64,000 nt of DNA, taken from a virus. How positions within the stretch are numbered: the first letter of the stretch is position 1; each line of letters starts with the position of its first letter. A model generated the notes under the pieces. It did not search any database and was not told the origin of the DNA. It was given only the letters and a program-made list of their open reading frames with translations. The translations under genes were made by a program, and so were the position numbers. The DNA lies in IMG/VR virus record IMGVR_UViG_3300032285_001177; one strand, given 5' to 3'. Below, one piece after another: positions 31,866 to 43,028 of the stretch.

Positions 31866-32408
31866 TTAAGAAGTTACTGCAACGATTGTATTTACATTTG
31901 TTTGGATATTATCAATCTTACCAATCTTACCTGCTACTGTATCAGTAGAGTAGTTAGTTGGGCTTGTATTCCATACTGTATCAGCGATAGTAGCTGCTGA
32001 AGGTACAGAAACTGGGATAGTATTATAAGCGTAAGCTAAGTTAGATACAGTTGATTGAACACCACCAGCATTAACTATGAATACCGGCGAAGTCGTCGTG
32101 TCGTTGTATATAGTACCAACAACTGATACTTGACTATTTACGACGATCTGCCATCCATTAGTTAAGAAGTAGATGTCACCAGCATATATACCGCCAGTGA
32201 TAGGGTCACCTCCAATAGCTCGCATGGGACGTAAATAGCTGGCATTCTGACGTCTCTGCAACCAACGTTTCATTGCAGAGTAAATGTCAGCCTTTACCGA
32301 TACTGAGGTATACTGAGTATTGATAAGGATCTGTTTATTGATCCCATCAAACGTAACCTTAAGAGGATCTAATAGATCATCCCAAAAACTAATAGAAGTT
32401 GTCCACAC
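31866..32408 (-). CDS. Hypothetical virion-associated protein
   Basis: GTG start, co-oriented in the fibre block; DIYS..K.W, GGDPI, YFL.NGW motifs. Confidence 0.65.
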   Translation of the reverse strand: MWTTSISFWDDLLDPLKVTFDGINKQILINTQYTSVSVKADIYSAMKRWLQRRQNASYLRPMRAIGGDPITGGIYAGDIYFLTNGWQIVVNSQVSVVGTIYNDTTTSPVFIVNAGGVQSTVSNLAYAYNTIPVSVPSAATIADTVWNTSPTNYSTDTVAGKIGKIDNIQTNVNTIVAVTS

Positions 32409-32410
32409 AA

Positions 32411-34903
32411 TTAACGCATCTCCCTCCAGTATTTAGTATAGAAGAACGATCCAGTTGCACCACCGATTGCACCTAAGTTCTTAACACCAAAGATGAATAC
32501 ACCTTTAGCGTCTTCTGCAGTATTAAGTGCTGGACCTAAACCGAATGATTTTTCAATACGATCGCCAAGAGCAGCACGACCAGCACTGTTACCTGGAGCA
32601 AAGAATGATTCGATAGGTTTAAATGAATAGTATGCACCATATGAACCGATAGTTACACCGTTATTTGCTGTAGATGTTTGATCACCATTAACTGCTAGTT
32701 GATATGTTCCAACACCGCCTGGTGTATAGAATGATACAGCACCTGAAGGAGCAGCATTTAAAGGTTTAGATAACAATACGACACCAGTTGCACCAACTGA
32801 AGCTTGTGTTACAGACTCAACGAATGTACCAGCAACGATAGCACCTGTAGAACCCATTACTATTTGACCAGCAGCAACACCGTTACCGTTTGCCACAGTG
32901 ATCGTAGTGGAACCTGCACCAGTTGCACCAACTGTTGGAGATGCTACCCAATTTTGTGGTTGAGAAGTTGAACCAGTTGCTCCAGTCGCTGTTAGTTGGC
33001 CAACACATCTTGTTCTTGCTGCAAGTGAACCAGTTACACCAGCTAAAGAGATTGAACCGTTAACGTATAGAGGACCAGACGCATATGTTGGAGGAGCTGT
33101 GATGTACATCTCTTTTAATAAACCAGAACCAACTGCACCAGTTAATGTAAGTATTGAACCAGATATTGTACCAGCCACACCAGTTGCAGCTGTCGACCAA
33201 TATTGATACTGAGCAAAGTCAGTAGCTTTTTGATCTACATATAACATAGTTGATGGAGCGATTGTTTCTGACCATTGTAAGTTGTTTACCCATTTTTCTG
33301 AAGGAGCTACGAAGATACCAACGTGTAAGTTAGCAGCTGTGTTAGAAGCCCAATCGAACGTTTCATGGATACCAATGATTGAGTTTTGGATAGCCATCTG
33401 AGCAGAACCACTATAACCTGCTGTACCTGTGCCAGTTGCTGTAAACTTAACACCAATAGCATTAGCACTAGCACCGATCGCAGTAAAGTCTTGGATCGGA
33501 GATGCTGCACCTAATGCAGTGATATTATAACTTGCACCAACTACAAATGTACCAGGTGATTGTGTAGGACCTGCAACAGTGCTCTTAGCTTTAAACTGTA
33601 GACATGGTTTATAGTTACCATCTGCTGGGATTAATACGTTATCGTCTGGTGTAATATGAATAGCAACACCAGAATATTTAATATCAGATGTTTCTGTAAA
33701 TACAACAGCAGCACCAACACGCATCGTAAATCCAGTAGCTGAACTTGATGATGTTCTGTTTGATAGAGTAACTGTACCACCATTTGGGTTTGAAACAGTT
33801 TGTGTATAGTTAGAAGTTTGCCATGTTACTGGTAATGATAAGTTGCGGCATGAAGGACCAACAATGCCAGCACTTTCAATAGGAGTAAATTGATGACATG
33901 TGATACGACGACCGTCTTGTGTTTCAACACCTAAACGAATTCGACCAATAGTACCTTGTACATCCATCCACCATAAGTTATTGAGTGACCAATTTAATAA
34001 GAAGTCAGACTTAGTAGCAGAAGTTAAAGTATTAACGTTCCAATAATCTTGTCTATAAACTGTTTCAACTGGAACACCTGATGTGTCAGATCTTAAGAAC
34101 ACATACATGTAACCATCAGAGTTTAAACGGAAACCAAAGCCGTTGTTGTCGTCAAAGTATCCCCATTCTGCGATCTTACCAGTTTGAAGTGAACCACCAA
34201 AGTAACCACCACCGCCACCAGCTGTGATAGCTAATGATGTATATATTAATTGTGAAACACCCGGTTTATATGGATGGTATTGACCAGTAGATCTACGAGC
34301 TAAGTCACCAGCTGCAGTAGTCGTTGTATAGACCATTGATGATGTATTTGGGTTATGAACTACTGAACCAGAACCAGAAGATGTTGTGTAGTACCTAGTA
34401 GATAAGTCTTGTACGAAGTGGTAGTATTCACCAGCCGCTTGCATCTGAGATACTTGCATGTGACCCCATGCATCGAACTGTGGAGTACCCTCTTGGAATC
34501 TAGTATATGCTGCTCCTTTATTATCTACAGATAATGTATATTCAGGAACCTTAGCATCTGAGATATTTAAAACTGGTTGATAGATAGGTGAACCACTTGA
34601 ACCAAGAGCTGTGATAGTACCATATAACGTACCAGCACCTAATGAAGCACTCGTTAAGTTTTCACCAGAAACAAACTGAGTTACAGATGTACTAGTTACG
34701 TTGATGAACCAGCTTACAGAACCATCAGGAGCATTATAACTACCGATTAAGTTACCATAACATCCGCTGGATGCACCATACATTAAAGTATTTAGCTCAG
34801 GTGTTGTAGTTACAGAGACAGTTAAATCATTAAGAAGTCTGTGTCTAACCTTCTTACCAACCCCATCTGGTGGTAATTGAATTGTATTAGTAGTTATTGC
34901 CAT
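32411..34903 (-). CDS. Virion structural protein with lectin-like core, paralog of 39119-42025
   Basis: Shared motifs Y.PG/Y.SG, G.FD..NGF.F, Q..WN, W..D, IR.G, CH, LP; many GATG stretches. Confidence 0.7.
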   Translation of the reverse strand: MAITTNTIQLPPDGVGKKVRHRLLNDLTVSVTTTPELNTLMYGASSGCYGNLIGSYNAPDGSVSWFINVTSTSVTQFVSGENLTSASLGAGTLYGTITALGSSGSPIYQPVLNISDAKVPEYTLSVDNKGAAYTRFQEGTPQFDAWGHMQVSQMQAAGEYYHFVQDLSTRYYTTSSGSGSVVHNPNTSSMVYTTTTAAGDLARRSTGQYHPYKPGVSQLIYTSLAITAGGGGGYFGGSLQTGKIAEWGYFDDNNGFGFRLNSDGYMYVFLRSDTSGVPVETVYRQDYWNVNTLTSATKSDFLLNWSLNNLWWMDVQGTIGRIRLGVETQDGRRITCHQFTPIESAGIVGPSCRNLSLPVTWQTSNYTQTVSNPNGGTVTLSNRTSSSSATGFTMRVGAAVVFTETSDIKYSGVAIHITPDDNVLIPADGNYKPCLQFKAKSTVAGPTQSPGTFVVGASYNITALGAASPIQDFTAIGASANAIGVKFTATGTGTAGYSGSAQMAIQNSIIGIHETFDWASNTAANLHVGIFVAPSEKWVNNLQWSETIAPSTMLYVDQKATDFAQYQYWSTAATGVAGTISGSILTLTGAVGSGLLKEMYITAPPTYASGPLYVNGSISLAGVTGSLAARTRCVGQLTATGATGSTSQPQNWVASPTVGATGAGSTTITVANGNGVAAGQIVMGSTGAIVAGTFVESVTQASVGATGVVLLSKPLNAAPSGAVSFYTPGGVGTYQLAVNGDQTSTANNGVTIGSYGAYYSFKPIESFFAPGNSAGRAALGDRIEKSFGLGPALNTAEDAKGVFIFGVKNLGAIGGATGSFFYTKYWREMR

Positions 34904-34931
34904 GTTAGCGTCCTTGTTTAAAAGTTTATTA

Positions 34932-34939
34932 TATTTATA
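34932..34939 (-). promoter_or_regulatory. T4 late promoter
   Basis: Exact intergenic TATAAATA upstream of an AAGGA SD. Confidence 0.85.
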
Positions 34940-34943
34940 ATAC

Positions 34944-37900
34944 TTAACCTATGATATTCGTAATACTTCCACCAACTGGGGTTGTAGCACTGGTACCTGT
35001 TACAGTATACGTTATAGAAGTTAATGAAGGTATTGATGTGATTATACATGAAGTTGGTAAGCCTCCATATAATGCACCAATTCCGGATGTTGCTGAAATA
35101 CTTTGCCCTACATACATTTCACCGGTAGATGTTAAACCGGTAACTACAGCAGACCATGTTGGGAATGCTCCTGTAACCGTTCCAACAGTACCAGTTGCGC
35201 TCAATACATTACTATAGTTCAACTCTTGAGTATTAATAGCTGCAATGATGGTAGTAGTAAATGGAGCTAAAGTAGCAGTAACATTAAAGTAATCTGCGTT
35301 TATTCTACCTAAAGCAACTAATATAACTGATGGACCTGATATAACTGAACATTTCGATGTATCAGTTGTGCCAAAAGTAGATCCAGATGTATACGCTGTA
35401 GTAACTTCATACCATGTAGTTGCAGCTGCAACTCTATTACTGAATTGATCACCTACTTTGTAAGTATTATTTGCAACCCACGCGCCTTGTGTATTATAGA
35501 TGTAATCATAGTTAAATGTTACTGATGAAGATGTAACTGTACCTTTAACTTCGAATGAACCATCAGCTGATAGGTCTGTACTTAATGATTTAACCAACAC
35601 CGCATCATTAGTACCAAACTTTAATGATGAGCCTGAAGTATTAAGTTGTTTATAGAATAACCTGTATACAGCACTACCATAATCTGATTGAACGTATGAG
35701 TCAAACGTTATTTGACCAAACGTTGTAGTATTTTGTACGACTATACTATTTCCCGGTACTGTCGTATATGTAGAAGCGTTTGCAGTTGAAGATGTATTTG
35801 TCCAGATGAATGAAGTTCCAGTAGCACCGATCAAGTTTAAGTCATACGTATTGCCAGAAAACGTCTTATCAGAGTTAGTTAATGTGATACCAGTAGCTCC
35901 GCCAGTATAGTTAACTTTAAGAGCACCTGCAGCATTAGTATTATTTGTAAATGAACATGATACTAGTCTATTAAGAGCATTCTGTAGATCTGTTTGTGAT
36001 GTACCGTTGATGATGACAGCAGCTCCTGATGCACCTAATGTACCAGTTGCACCATAACATGTATTACCTGCCGCAGCATTAAAGTTACATAACGTCATGA
36101 TAGGACCAGTAGCACCAGATGCAGGTCTTACTGGGATCTCAGAGCAGTTTGTAAATGCTACAGATGTTAGTGGAACGTTTGCGTTTAGCGTAACGATACC
36201 AGCACCGTTAATCACCGTATTATTAAATGTATATGTTGCAGAAGCACTAGTATTTGGGCTAAATCCCCATGTGTACTTATCTTGGGAGATGATAGTAGCA
36301 TTACTATGGATGATAGTATCACCAGTACCTGCATAGTATGTAATACCTGCAGCATTAGGAACTGAATTATAGAATACTTGTTTCTTAGCTACATCATAGA
36401 TCTTTGGAAACTCGATCGCAGATGAATCAAGGTTTAAGTAGATAGGATCAGTACCACCGTTACCAAACTGTAATGGTTGTAGCACTAGCGCTTGGTCGAT
36501 ACCTTGTTGGATAACGCTTAGACGTTCTTTACCAACAGCAGCAGCTTTTGCCATACCCTTTGTATCTACTGGGAAGTATTGATTACCTCCTGCGATCACT
36601 GTAGTATCTAATGCCCACATCGAACCAAACTGCCATGACGGAGTAGGAGTTCCTACAGCAGAAGTAAAGAATCCAAATGATCCAACATTTGTTGTATCTA
36701 GTAGACCAGTTGAACCTATGATCTTAGATCCAGTTGCTCCAGCTGCTGGTCCTGTTGCTCCAGGATGTACGACCATTGGAACGTGTGTTGCTGTATCAAA
36801 TGGAGTATTTGAACCATGTACATGCCATATTTTCCAATTGCCAGATATATATGTATTTGTTGTATTAGTATAAGCACCAGTTGCACCTGATGCAATACCA
36901 AATCCAATACCTTTTGTTATATCACGACCGATGCCATCTGTGTTTTGATACGTCGCTGGAGTGGTTGGTTTTGAATGAACTAAGATGTTTCTATATCCAA
37001 TATTGATACCACCAGTTGCACCGCCTACTGCTAGGTATGCGCCTTTATATTGTTTTGTTACGATAGTACCATGGGTCATAGTACCCATTGAGTGATATGA
37101 ATTTAATCCTACGTCAGTAGAAGCAGCAACAGCACCTGATTCTAAGTTACTACCAGCTAAAGATATACCAAACGGTCTGATACCAGATGCACCAGTTGCA
37201 CCAGTCGCTCCGCCTAATACTGCAAATGCAGCTTGACCGTTATATGCTGTTGTACCATTGATAGGAGATATGTATTTAGAGCTATCGCCTGCACAATATG
37301 CAGGTATAACTGCGGTACCTGTTGCACCAGTAATTGATGGGCTGATGCCTAAAACAATAGCATGGCCAACAAATGTTGCTGCAGTTGTTTGAGAATATCC
37401 AACAGTACCTGGTGTTTGTCCAGCAGTTCTTTGAACTGTGTAGCTTAATGCAGATGAGTTCGATGCATAGTCTGCACCGTATTCATATACGACTGGACCT
37501 TCCATGATCATCGGAACTATCGCACTATTTGTTGTTAAAGCGTATAGAACTAAACTATTGTCTACAGTGGTAGTTAACTGTGGCATAAAACCTACTGCAG
37601 CAGTTGTAGTAGACGTTACGATCCTATAACCTGTACCAGCACCACCAGTTCCATTAAATGGAGATGATGTGTTAACATCTTGTAAAGCTATGATGTGTAC
37701 ACCTGCGACAGCAGATGTAGTTGCCCAGCTAAAAACAGGATCAGCATCTGCACCAGTAGAAACCTTATATAAGATCGCGGTAGTATGACCAGATGATACA
37801 AATGATTGTGCAAGAGATGTCCAACCAGTAGCTGAGACAGTAACAGTTGCTGTAGTTGTCCTAACAACAACGATAGCAAGTAATAAGTCACCTGCTACAT

Positions 37901-37976
37901 CGTTAGGTAAGTAACCTGTTATATTAAGCGCGCTGGCGCTGGTATAGTTTGATGCGGAGTCTCTTATGGCTGCCAT
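34944..37976 (-). CDS. Large multi-domain virion protein (1010 aa), putative adhesin
   Basis: AGDLLLA.V N-terminal beta domain, beta-helix-like middle, W..N.TY..GD (CBM5/12-like) motif, many GATG stretches. Confidence 0.7.
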   Translation of the reverse strand: MAAIRDSASNYTSASALNITGYLPNDVAGDLLLAIVVVRTTTATVTVSATGWTSLAQSFVSSGHTTAILYKVSTGADADPVFSWATTSAVAGVHIIALQDVNTSSPFNGTGGAGTGYRIVTSTTTAAVGFMPQLTTTVDNSLVLYALTTNSAIVPMIMEGPVVYEYGADYASNSSALSYTVQRTAGQTPGTVGYSQTTAATFVGHAIVLGISPSITGATGTAVIPAYCAGDSSKYISPINGTTAYNGQAAFAVLGGATGATGASGIRPFGISLAGSNLESGAVAASTDVGLNSYHSMGTMTHGTIVTKQYKGAYLAVGGATGGINIGYRNILVHSKPTTPATYQNTDGIGRDITKGIGFGIASGATGAYTNTTNTYISGNWKIWHVHGSNTPFDTATHVPMVVHPGATGPAAGATGSKIIGSTGLLDTTNVGSFGFFTSAVGTPTPSWQFGSMWALDTTVIAGGNQYFPVDTKGMAKAAAVGKERLSVIQQGIDQALVLQPLQFGNGGTDPIYLNLDSSAIEFPKIYDVAKKQVFYNSVPNAAGITYYAGTGDTIIHSNATIISQDKYTWGFSPNTSASATYTFNNTVINGAGIVTLNANVPLTSVAFTNCSEIPVRPASGATGPIMTLCNFNAAAGNTCYGATGTLGASGAAVIINGTSQTDLQNALNRLVSCSFTNNTNAAGALKVNYTGGATGITLTNSDKTFSGNTYDLNLIGATGTSFIWTNTSSTANASTYTTVPGNSIVVQNTTTFGQITFDSYVQSDYGSAVYRLFYKQLNTSGSSLKFGTNDAVLVKSLSTDLSADGSFEVKGTVTSSSVTFNYDYIYNTQGAWVANNTYKVGDQFSNRVAAATTWYEVTTAYTSGSTFGTTDTSKCSVISGPSVILVALGRINADYFNVTATLAPFTTTIIAAINTQELNYSNVLSATGTVGTVTGAFPTWSAVVTGLTSTGEMYVGQSISATSGIGALYGGLPTSCIITSIPSLTSITYTVTGTSATTPVGGSITNIIG

Positions 37977-38356
37977 TATGCAAGGATCTCAGTTGCTCGT
38001 TCTTCGGTTAATAAATTTACACTAACTAAATACCCAATACTATCGATGATAGTCTCATCATCTGTATATATGGTATCCGCTAAGTCTATCATAAAAATAA
38101 AATCTTTGACTTTATCATCGTTTGAGTTTCTTATAGCTATACGCTCATCTGAAGTAAAGCGTGTCATAAATTCAAACGTAGTATGTTTTGTAGTATTAGG
38201 CACAAGAGATAAACTATCTTTGTCCCATCTTACTTTATTAAGGTTAGGAACTTGTCCTTCAAAGTCTATTGCAGAAACTCCGTTGATACTAACAGCACCT
38301 TCAGTAGTAACACCTACTAAAGATAGATCTTCTGAATATAATACATAATACGCCAT
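37976..38356 (-). CDS. Hypothetical protein, possible fibre-associated chaperone
   Basis: F..RFT..ER.AI...L...LL..ERA.EIL C-terminal pattern seen in small genes next to fibre genes. Confidence 0.6.
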   Translation of the reverse strand: MAYYVLYSEDLSLVGVTTEGAVSINGVSAIDFEGQVPNLNKVRWDKDSLSLVPNTTKHTTFEFMTRFTSDERIAIRNSNDDKVKDFIFMIDLADTIYTDDETIIDSIGYLVSVNLLTEERATEILA

Positions 38357-38369
38357 ATTACTTCCTTAT

Positions 38370-39119
38370 TTATGTGATACTGTAGTATATGCTGCTTACT
38401 GATCCAAGAGCATCATAGTTAAATAGTTTATTATATTGACTTGCAAAAGCAGAACCTGTTATAGCAATCTGCGATATAGTTCCATTAGTATTATAACTAT
38501 AAGTCTTAGTTACTGTACCGCTGCCTGTAGAATACACGATCGATGTAATTATACCTGCAATATCTTTATTGATAGTATAGTTATATGCATTAATGTTTTT
38601 TGCTAGTGATTCGTACGTCGTTGGTACTGTACCAGTTGCTCCTGTAGCACCCGCTGCAGCTGTAGTAGCTGTAACTTGCCATGTAGCACCATCATATATG
38701 AACTCACATGTAATACCTTTAATCGTTAGTAATACATCATCATTGATCGATTCTATCGATGAACCATTACGAGCAATAGTTAAGTTATGTTCTGCCCAAT
38801 TCCCACCATCACTGATTACAAGATATGTTCCTGCAGTAGGATTAGCTGGTAACGTAATCGTAAATGCAGCAGAAGTAGTGTTTGCTAATACCCTCTCACC
38901 ATTTGATATCGTATAGTTAGAGGTTTTTACTATCCATGGAGCTAAAGCACCACTTGCACCAACACCACTAGCACCTGATGCACCTTGAGGACCCTGAGGA
39001 CCTGAGGCACCACCAGTTGGACCTTGTATACCAGTTGCACCCGCAGGACCAGTAGAGCCTGTAGCTCCACCTGGTCCAACGAACGAGCCAGTAATTAAGT
39101 TGCTTAGTATTACTGACAT
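38370..39119 (-). CDS. Short collagen-like protein with gp9/gp34-like beta domain
   Basis: Gly-X-Y stretch followed by ANTTSAAFTITLPANP..G....DGGNW...NLTIARNGS.IE...W. Confidence 0.75.
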   Translation of the reverse strand: MSVILSNLITGSFVGPGGATGSTGPAGATGIQGPTGGASGPQGPQGASGASGVGASGALAPWIVKTSNYTISNGERVLANTTSAAFTITLPANPTAGTYLVISDGGNWAEHNLTIARNGSSIESINDDVLLTIKGITCEFIYDGATWQVTATTAAAGATGATGTVPTTYESLAKNINAYNYTINKDIAGIITSIVYSTGSGTVTKTYSYNTNGTISQIAITGSAFASQYNKLFNYDALGSVSSIYYSIT

Positions 39120-42025
39120 TAAGCTTGAGCTTCAGTCCAAGAGATACGAGCGTTAATAAATCCGGTCGCACCTACAGGTGTTGCACAAATCGTTACGATA
39201 TCAGGACCATCAGGATAGAATCCATAAGAACCTGTCGCACCTACTGGTACGTTGTTTGTTAAACCACCACCAACGATGGAGTTACCAAGGTCTCGAACTT
39301 GGTTAATATCTTGGGATGTTGCTGCACCAGTGTTAGTGTAGAAACCATAGATGTTTTCACCACCAGTAATAGTGTTAGCAGCACCAGTTGCACCAGTACT
39401 ATGGAACGCGATCTGCGCTAAGCTTGAACCACCAACTGGAGTGAATGTATAACCAGCTACACCTGTTGCACCTTGGATCTTACCATTAAGGATCAAGTCG
39501 ATCTTACATGGAGCGTTTGTTGTTACGCAATCTAAGCTTCGTAGTGTTAACTGCATACGATTAATGATCTCACGCGCGCCTAATACGCCCGTTAAACCTG
39601 AGTCAACTGAAGGAGCAAGTCTTAAGCTCATCAATGCATATCTTGTACCAGCTGTTAGACCACCAACTGTTGTTGCCATAGATGAGTTGAACACGAATGA
39701 TTTATCGTCGTCATATCTACCGTCCATGATGATCGAAGAACCCCAATGAGATAATGTACTTGCATTTGCCGGAGCATATAGTGCCACTTGAACAGGAGCT
39801 GTACCACCTGGTAGATATGTTGTAGTACCAGTGATAGAGAACGTTGTAGCAGAAGCACCACCTGTTACACCACGACCAGATACAACGAATGTTGTTGAAG
39901 TCTTAGAGCTGTATGTGATATACTCGATTGCGCCAGTAGTATTAGATGCTGCTGATAATACGATAGTACCTGAATCTGGGAAATCTGTCGTGCTAGCAAC
40001 AACTACGTTAGAACCTGCACCAGCACTACTTGATAATGACGCTGTCAAGTATGTTGATGGTGGGATTGTAGATGTTTCATAACGAGCAGGTAAGTTACCT
40101 GATCTCATGTAAGCACGATAGTTTACGTTGTTATTTGTGATACGATGACAATAGATTACTTCACCACGATTATTCTTGAAGCCAAAGCGGATCGCACCAG
40201 CACCATACCATGAATAATCCATGAACCACATCTGCATCTTAGTAAGGTCAAGGTTGAACTTAGATGCACCTGTACCATCACACTTGTCGATGTTCCATGA
40301 ACTTTGTGGGTATTTAGTTACTATAGTTTTAGTAACGACAGCATTAGTCACAGATGAACTACGATATTCAGGTAATATGTATAGTTGTGTATCTGATGTG
40401 ATAGATTGCACGATATATGATGTACCACGGATAACGATATTATCACCTGGTTTTAATTGTTGTGAGAACAATGTACCAGTTCCAGTAACAGATGCAGTAC
40501 CATTGGTTGCAGATACTTTACCTGAGATCTGTTGTGTTGATGAACGACGACACGCGTTAATATTTTGACCATCGTATTCAAAGTAGAATCCATTTTGATG
40601 GTCAAACATACCAAGTCTATTTTGTGAACCATACCATGAATATGGACTTACTGTGATCGGGAAACTAGATGATCCTGTACCCGCTGGAGTTGTTCCTGTC
40701 GCATCAAGTCTATTAGTTGTAACATATGTTAATGTGACACCGTCGGGAGTAGATACTACGGCATATCGACCATTGTATCCAGTTTCAGCACAACCTGCTA
40801 CAACGATGATTGCACCGACAGCCATACCATGGTTTGTCTTAGTAGTAATAGTAACTGTTGAACCAGAGTTAGTTAATGAATCAACTGCTAAAGCTGGTTT
40901 CAATACTGAACCGGTTGAAAATGAAATTGCCTTACCAGATTGGTAACGGAAGTAACGACGAGTTTGTCTAATTACTTGATAACCATGATATGGTTGTACG
41001 TTACTGAACTGTACTCCACCATCAAATGCACGGTGTTCTACATAACCAAACGGTCTTGCGAAAAGCGTTGCAGTTGCACCAGCTGATGCTGTGACTGTAG
41101 TTGATGCAGTTGTGTTTGCAAAAGTAAACGTGTTTTGTGTAGGAGTTGTTGCAACTATCCAGTTACCGTTGATAGTAGATACGTTTGTTCCTAATAAGAA
41201 GAAAGTATCACCAACTTGTAAACCGTGAGCGTATGTTGTTGTAACTGTCCAAATACCTGATGATGTGAAAGATACTGCCGCACCAGCAGAAGCTGATACC
41301 GGAATACCTGCCCCAGTATAGTATTGGCCAATAAAGATATATGTCTTAGTAGCATCATAGATACTTGCACCGCCGCCAGGTGATGGTGCGTTTGTTGTAA
41401 TGTATGAGAATGATGAAACAGATGATGCAGTAACCATGAACCAACCATCAGCGTCAGCAACGTCAGTAGTACCTTGAACGAAAATCACAGCTCCAACGCC
41501 GGGATTTGCAGCAGATGTTACTGTAACTGTTGTACCAGTAGAAGTTACCGCTGTAATAGTAAGTGGCGCTGTTACATCATAGAACCATGTTGGACGGTTG
41601 TTGAACATATGTAATGATTCCCACTTTGTAGGCTGTGTGCCGTATTCAAAGTCGGTATCGATAAGAGCTTGCGGTTGTGATGTTCTTATTTTATCATTAC
41701 CATCACGATATGTTTCTGCTGGAACAAATTCTGTATAAGTCTCATCGTATAAGATAGATAACTTATCAGTTGAAGACATACCCAATGTGTTATATTCTAG
41801 AGCGATAGAAGTAGTTTCTTGACCAGTCGTACTATCAATTGTATTAGTTATTGTACCACCTAATGCTGGATCAGAGAAGTTATAGATGATAGCACCAGTT
41901 GTTACGTTGGTGATCAATAATAATTGCTCTTGACGTAATGTTTTGCCAGTAACTACTATAGCTCCAGCAACATTAGACGCGCTCGGCGTAAAGGTATAAG
42001 CTTCAAGTATCGTGTGTTTTGCCAT
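39119..42025 (-). CDS. Virion structural protein (968 aa)
   Basis: LLLITNVT...IYNF, IRTSQPQALIDTDFEYG.Q.TKWE, RQTRRYFRYQSGK, YSWYGAG.IRFG, ISWTEAQA: a pattern I recognise from aquatic T4-like virion proteins. Confidence 0.75.
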   Translation of the reverse strand: MAKHTILEAYTFTPSASNVAGAIVVTGKTLRQEQLLLITNVTTGAIIYNFSDPALGGTITNTIDSTTGQETTSIALEYNTLGMSSTDKLSILYDETYTEFVPAETYRDGNDKIRTSQPQALIDTDFEYGTQPTKWESLHMFNNRPTWFYDVTAPLTITAVTSTGTTVTVTSAANPGVGAVIFVQGTTDVADADGWFMVTASSVSSFSYITTNAPSPGGGASIYDATKTYIFIGQYYTGAGIPVSASAGAAVSFTSSGIWTVTTTYAHGLQVGDTFFLLGTNVSTINGNWIVATTPTQNTFTFANTTASTTVTASAGATATLFARPFGYVEHRAFDGGVQFSNVQPYHGYQVIRQTRRYFRYQSGKAISFSTGSVLKPALAVDSLTNSGSTVTITTKTNHGMAVGAIIVVAGCAETGYNGRYAVVSTPDGVTLTYVTTNRLDATGTTPAGTGSSSFPITVSPYSWYGSQNRLGMFDHQNGFYFEYDGQNINACRRSSTQQISGKVSATNGTASVTGTGTLFSQQLKPGDNIVIRGTSYIVQSITSDTQLYILPEYRSSSVTNAVVTKTIVTKYPQSSWNIDKCDGTGASKFNLDLTKMQMWFMDYSWYGAGAIRFGFKNNRGEVIYCHRITNNNVNYRAYMRSGNLPARYETSTIPPSTYLTASLSSSAGAGSNVVVASTTDFPDSGTIVLSAASNTTGAIEYITYSSKTSTTFVVSGRGVTGGASATTFSITGTTTYLPGGTAPVQVALYAPANASTLSHWGSSIIMDGRYDDDKSFVFNSSMATTVGGLTAGTRYALMSLRLAPSVDSGLTGVLGAREIINRMQLTLRSLDCVTTNAPCKIDLILNGKIQGATGVAGYTFTPVGGSSLAQIAFHSTGATGAANTITGGENIYGFYTNTGAATSQDINQVRDLGNSIVGGGLTNNVPVGATGSYGFYPDGPDIVTICATPVGATGFINARISWTEAQA

Positions 42026-42028
42026 TTT

Positions 42029-42994
42029 TTAATCTCCTAATGCGATGGTCATCGCTGAATATGGGTATTTCTTTGTTTGTACATTACTATTGTTATTTAT
42101 AACCATTAAAACTGAGTCTGATCCTGACTTGGGTGGAGTACTGAATACTACTTGCTGAACTCCGGTTGCTCCAGCCAATGCAAGTCTAAAGCTTCTGAAT
42201 CCATAATTATTAACTTCAGTAATCCATGGATAAGTTATTTCCTTGATATATGGCTTATACATCAAACCGTTAACCACTACTTGCAAGTTAACAGACGCTG
42301 ATAGTGTAGTCACCGGTGTTGTATCTGTATATAGATAAAAAGCTGAATTCCTACCATCAAACTGGGTTGATATATCATTTAAGAAAGCTGGAGCAGGTAT
42401 ATCATTCACATAGCCTTGTGTGAGAGCTCCTGTTGCACCTGGACCCGTTGCTCCAGCTGGACCTGCTGCACCGCTAGCACCTTGTGCACCTGTTGAACCA
42501 GCACTAAAACCTGATGCGCCTTGTACGCCTGAAGCACCCGCAGCACCAACTGTAGCAGATACTTGCCATGTAGTACCATCGTATAGCAAGTATACTAATA
42601 CTCCACCAACGTTTAGAACTAAGTTAGTCGATTGTCCTTCAATCGTACTACCATTTTGTAGTACTGTTAGAGGGTATGTTGACCAGTTTGCTCCGTCTTG
42701 GATAACAACTACGTTACCTACAGTTGGACTAGCTGGTAATGTAACTTGGAAAGATCCACCAGATGTATCGATGATGTATTGAGCGTTAGCAGATAGAGTT
42801 GTAGCAGTTGTTATCTTTGTCCATGGGGCTACGATACCGGTTGCACCTGTTGCACCTGATGGGCCCGAAGCACCAGTAATGCCAGTGGCACCACCAATAC
42901 CTGATGCACCTTGTACACCAGTAGCACCAACACCGCTTGCGCCTCTAAACGCAACGGTATTTCCTAATATGTCTTCTATCGTTGTTGTTGCCAT
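42029..42994 (-). CDS. Collagen-like protein with gp9/gp34-like domain
   Basis: GAS/GAT triplets flanking IIDTSGGSFQVTLPASP; C-terminal LNDIS.QFDG....F.L domain. Confidence 0.75.
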   Translation of the reverse strand: MATTTIEDILGNTVAFRGASGVGATGVQGASGIGGATGITGASGPSGATGATGIVAPWTKITTATTLSANAQYIIDTSGGSFQVTLPASPTVGNVVVIQDGANWSTYPLTVLQNGSTIEGQSTNLVLNVGGVLVYLLYDGTTWQVSATVGAAGASGVQGASGFSAGSTGAQGASGAAGPAGATGPGATGALTQGYVNDIPAPAFLNDISTQFDGRNSAFYLYTDTTPVTTLSASVNLQVVVNGLMYKPYIKEITYPWITEVNNYGFRSFRLALAGATGVQQVVFSTPPKSGSDSVLMVINNNSNVQTKKYPYSAMTIALGD

Positions 42995-43028
42995 TTTAGC
43001 TCTTAGTTATGTTCTCTATATTTATGGT

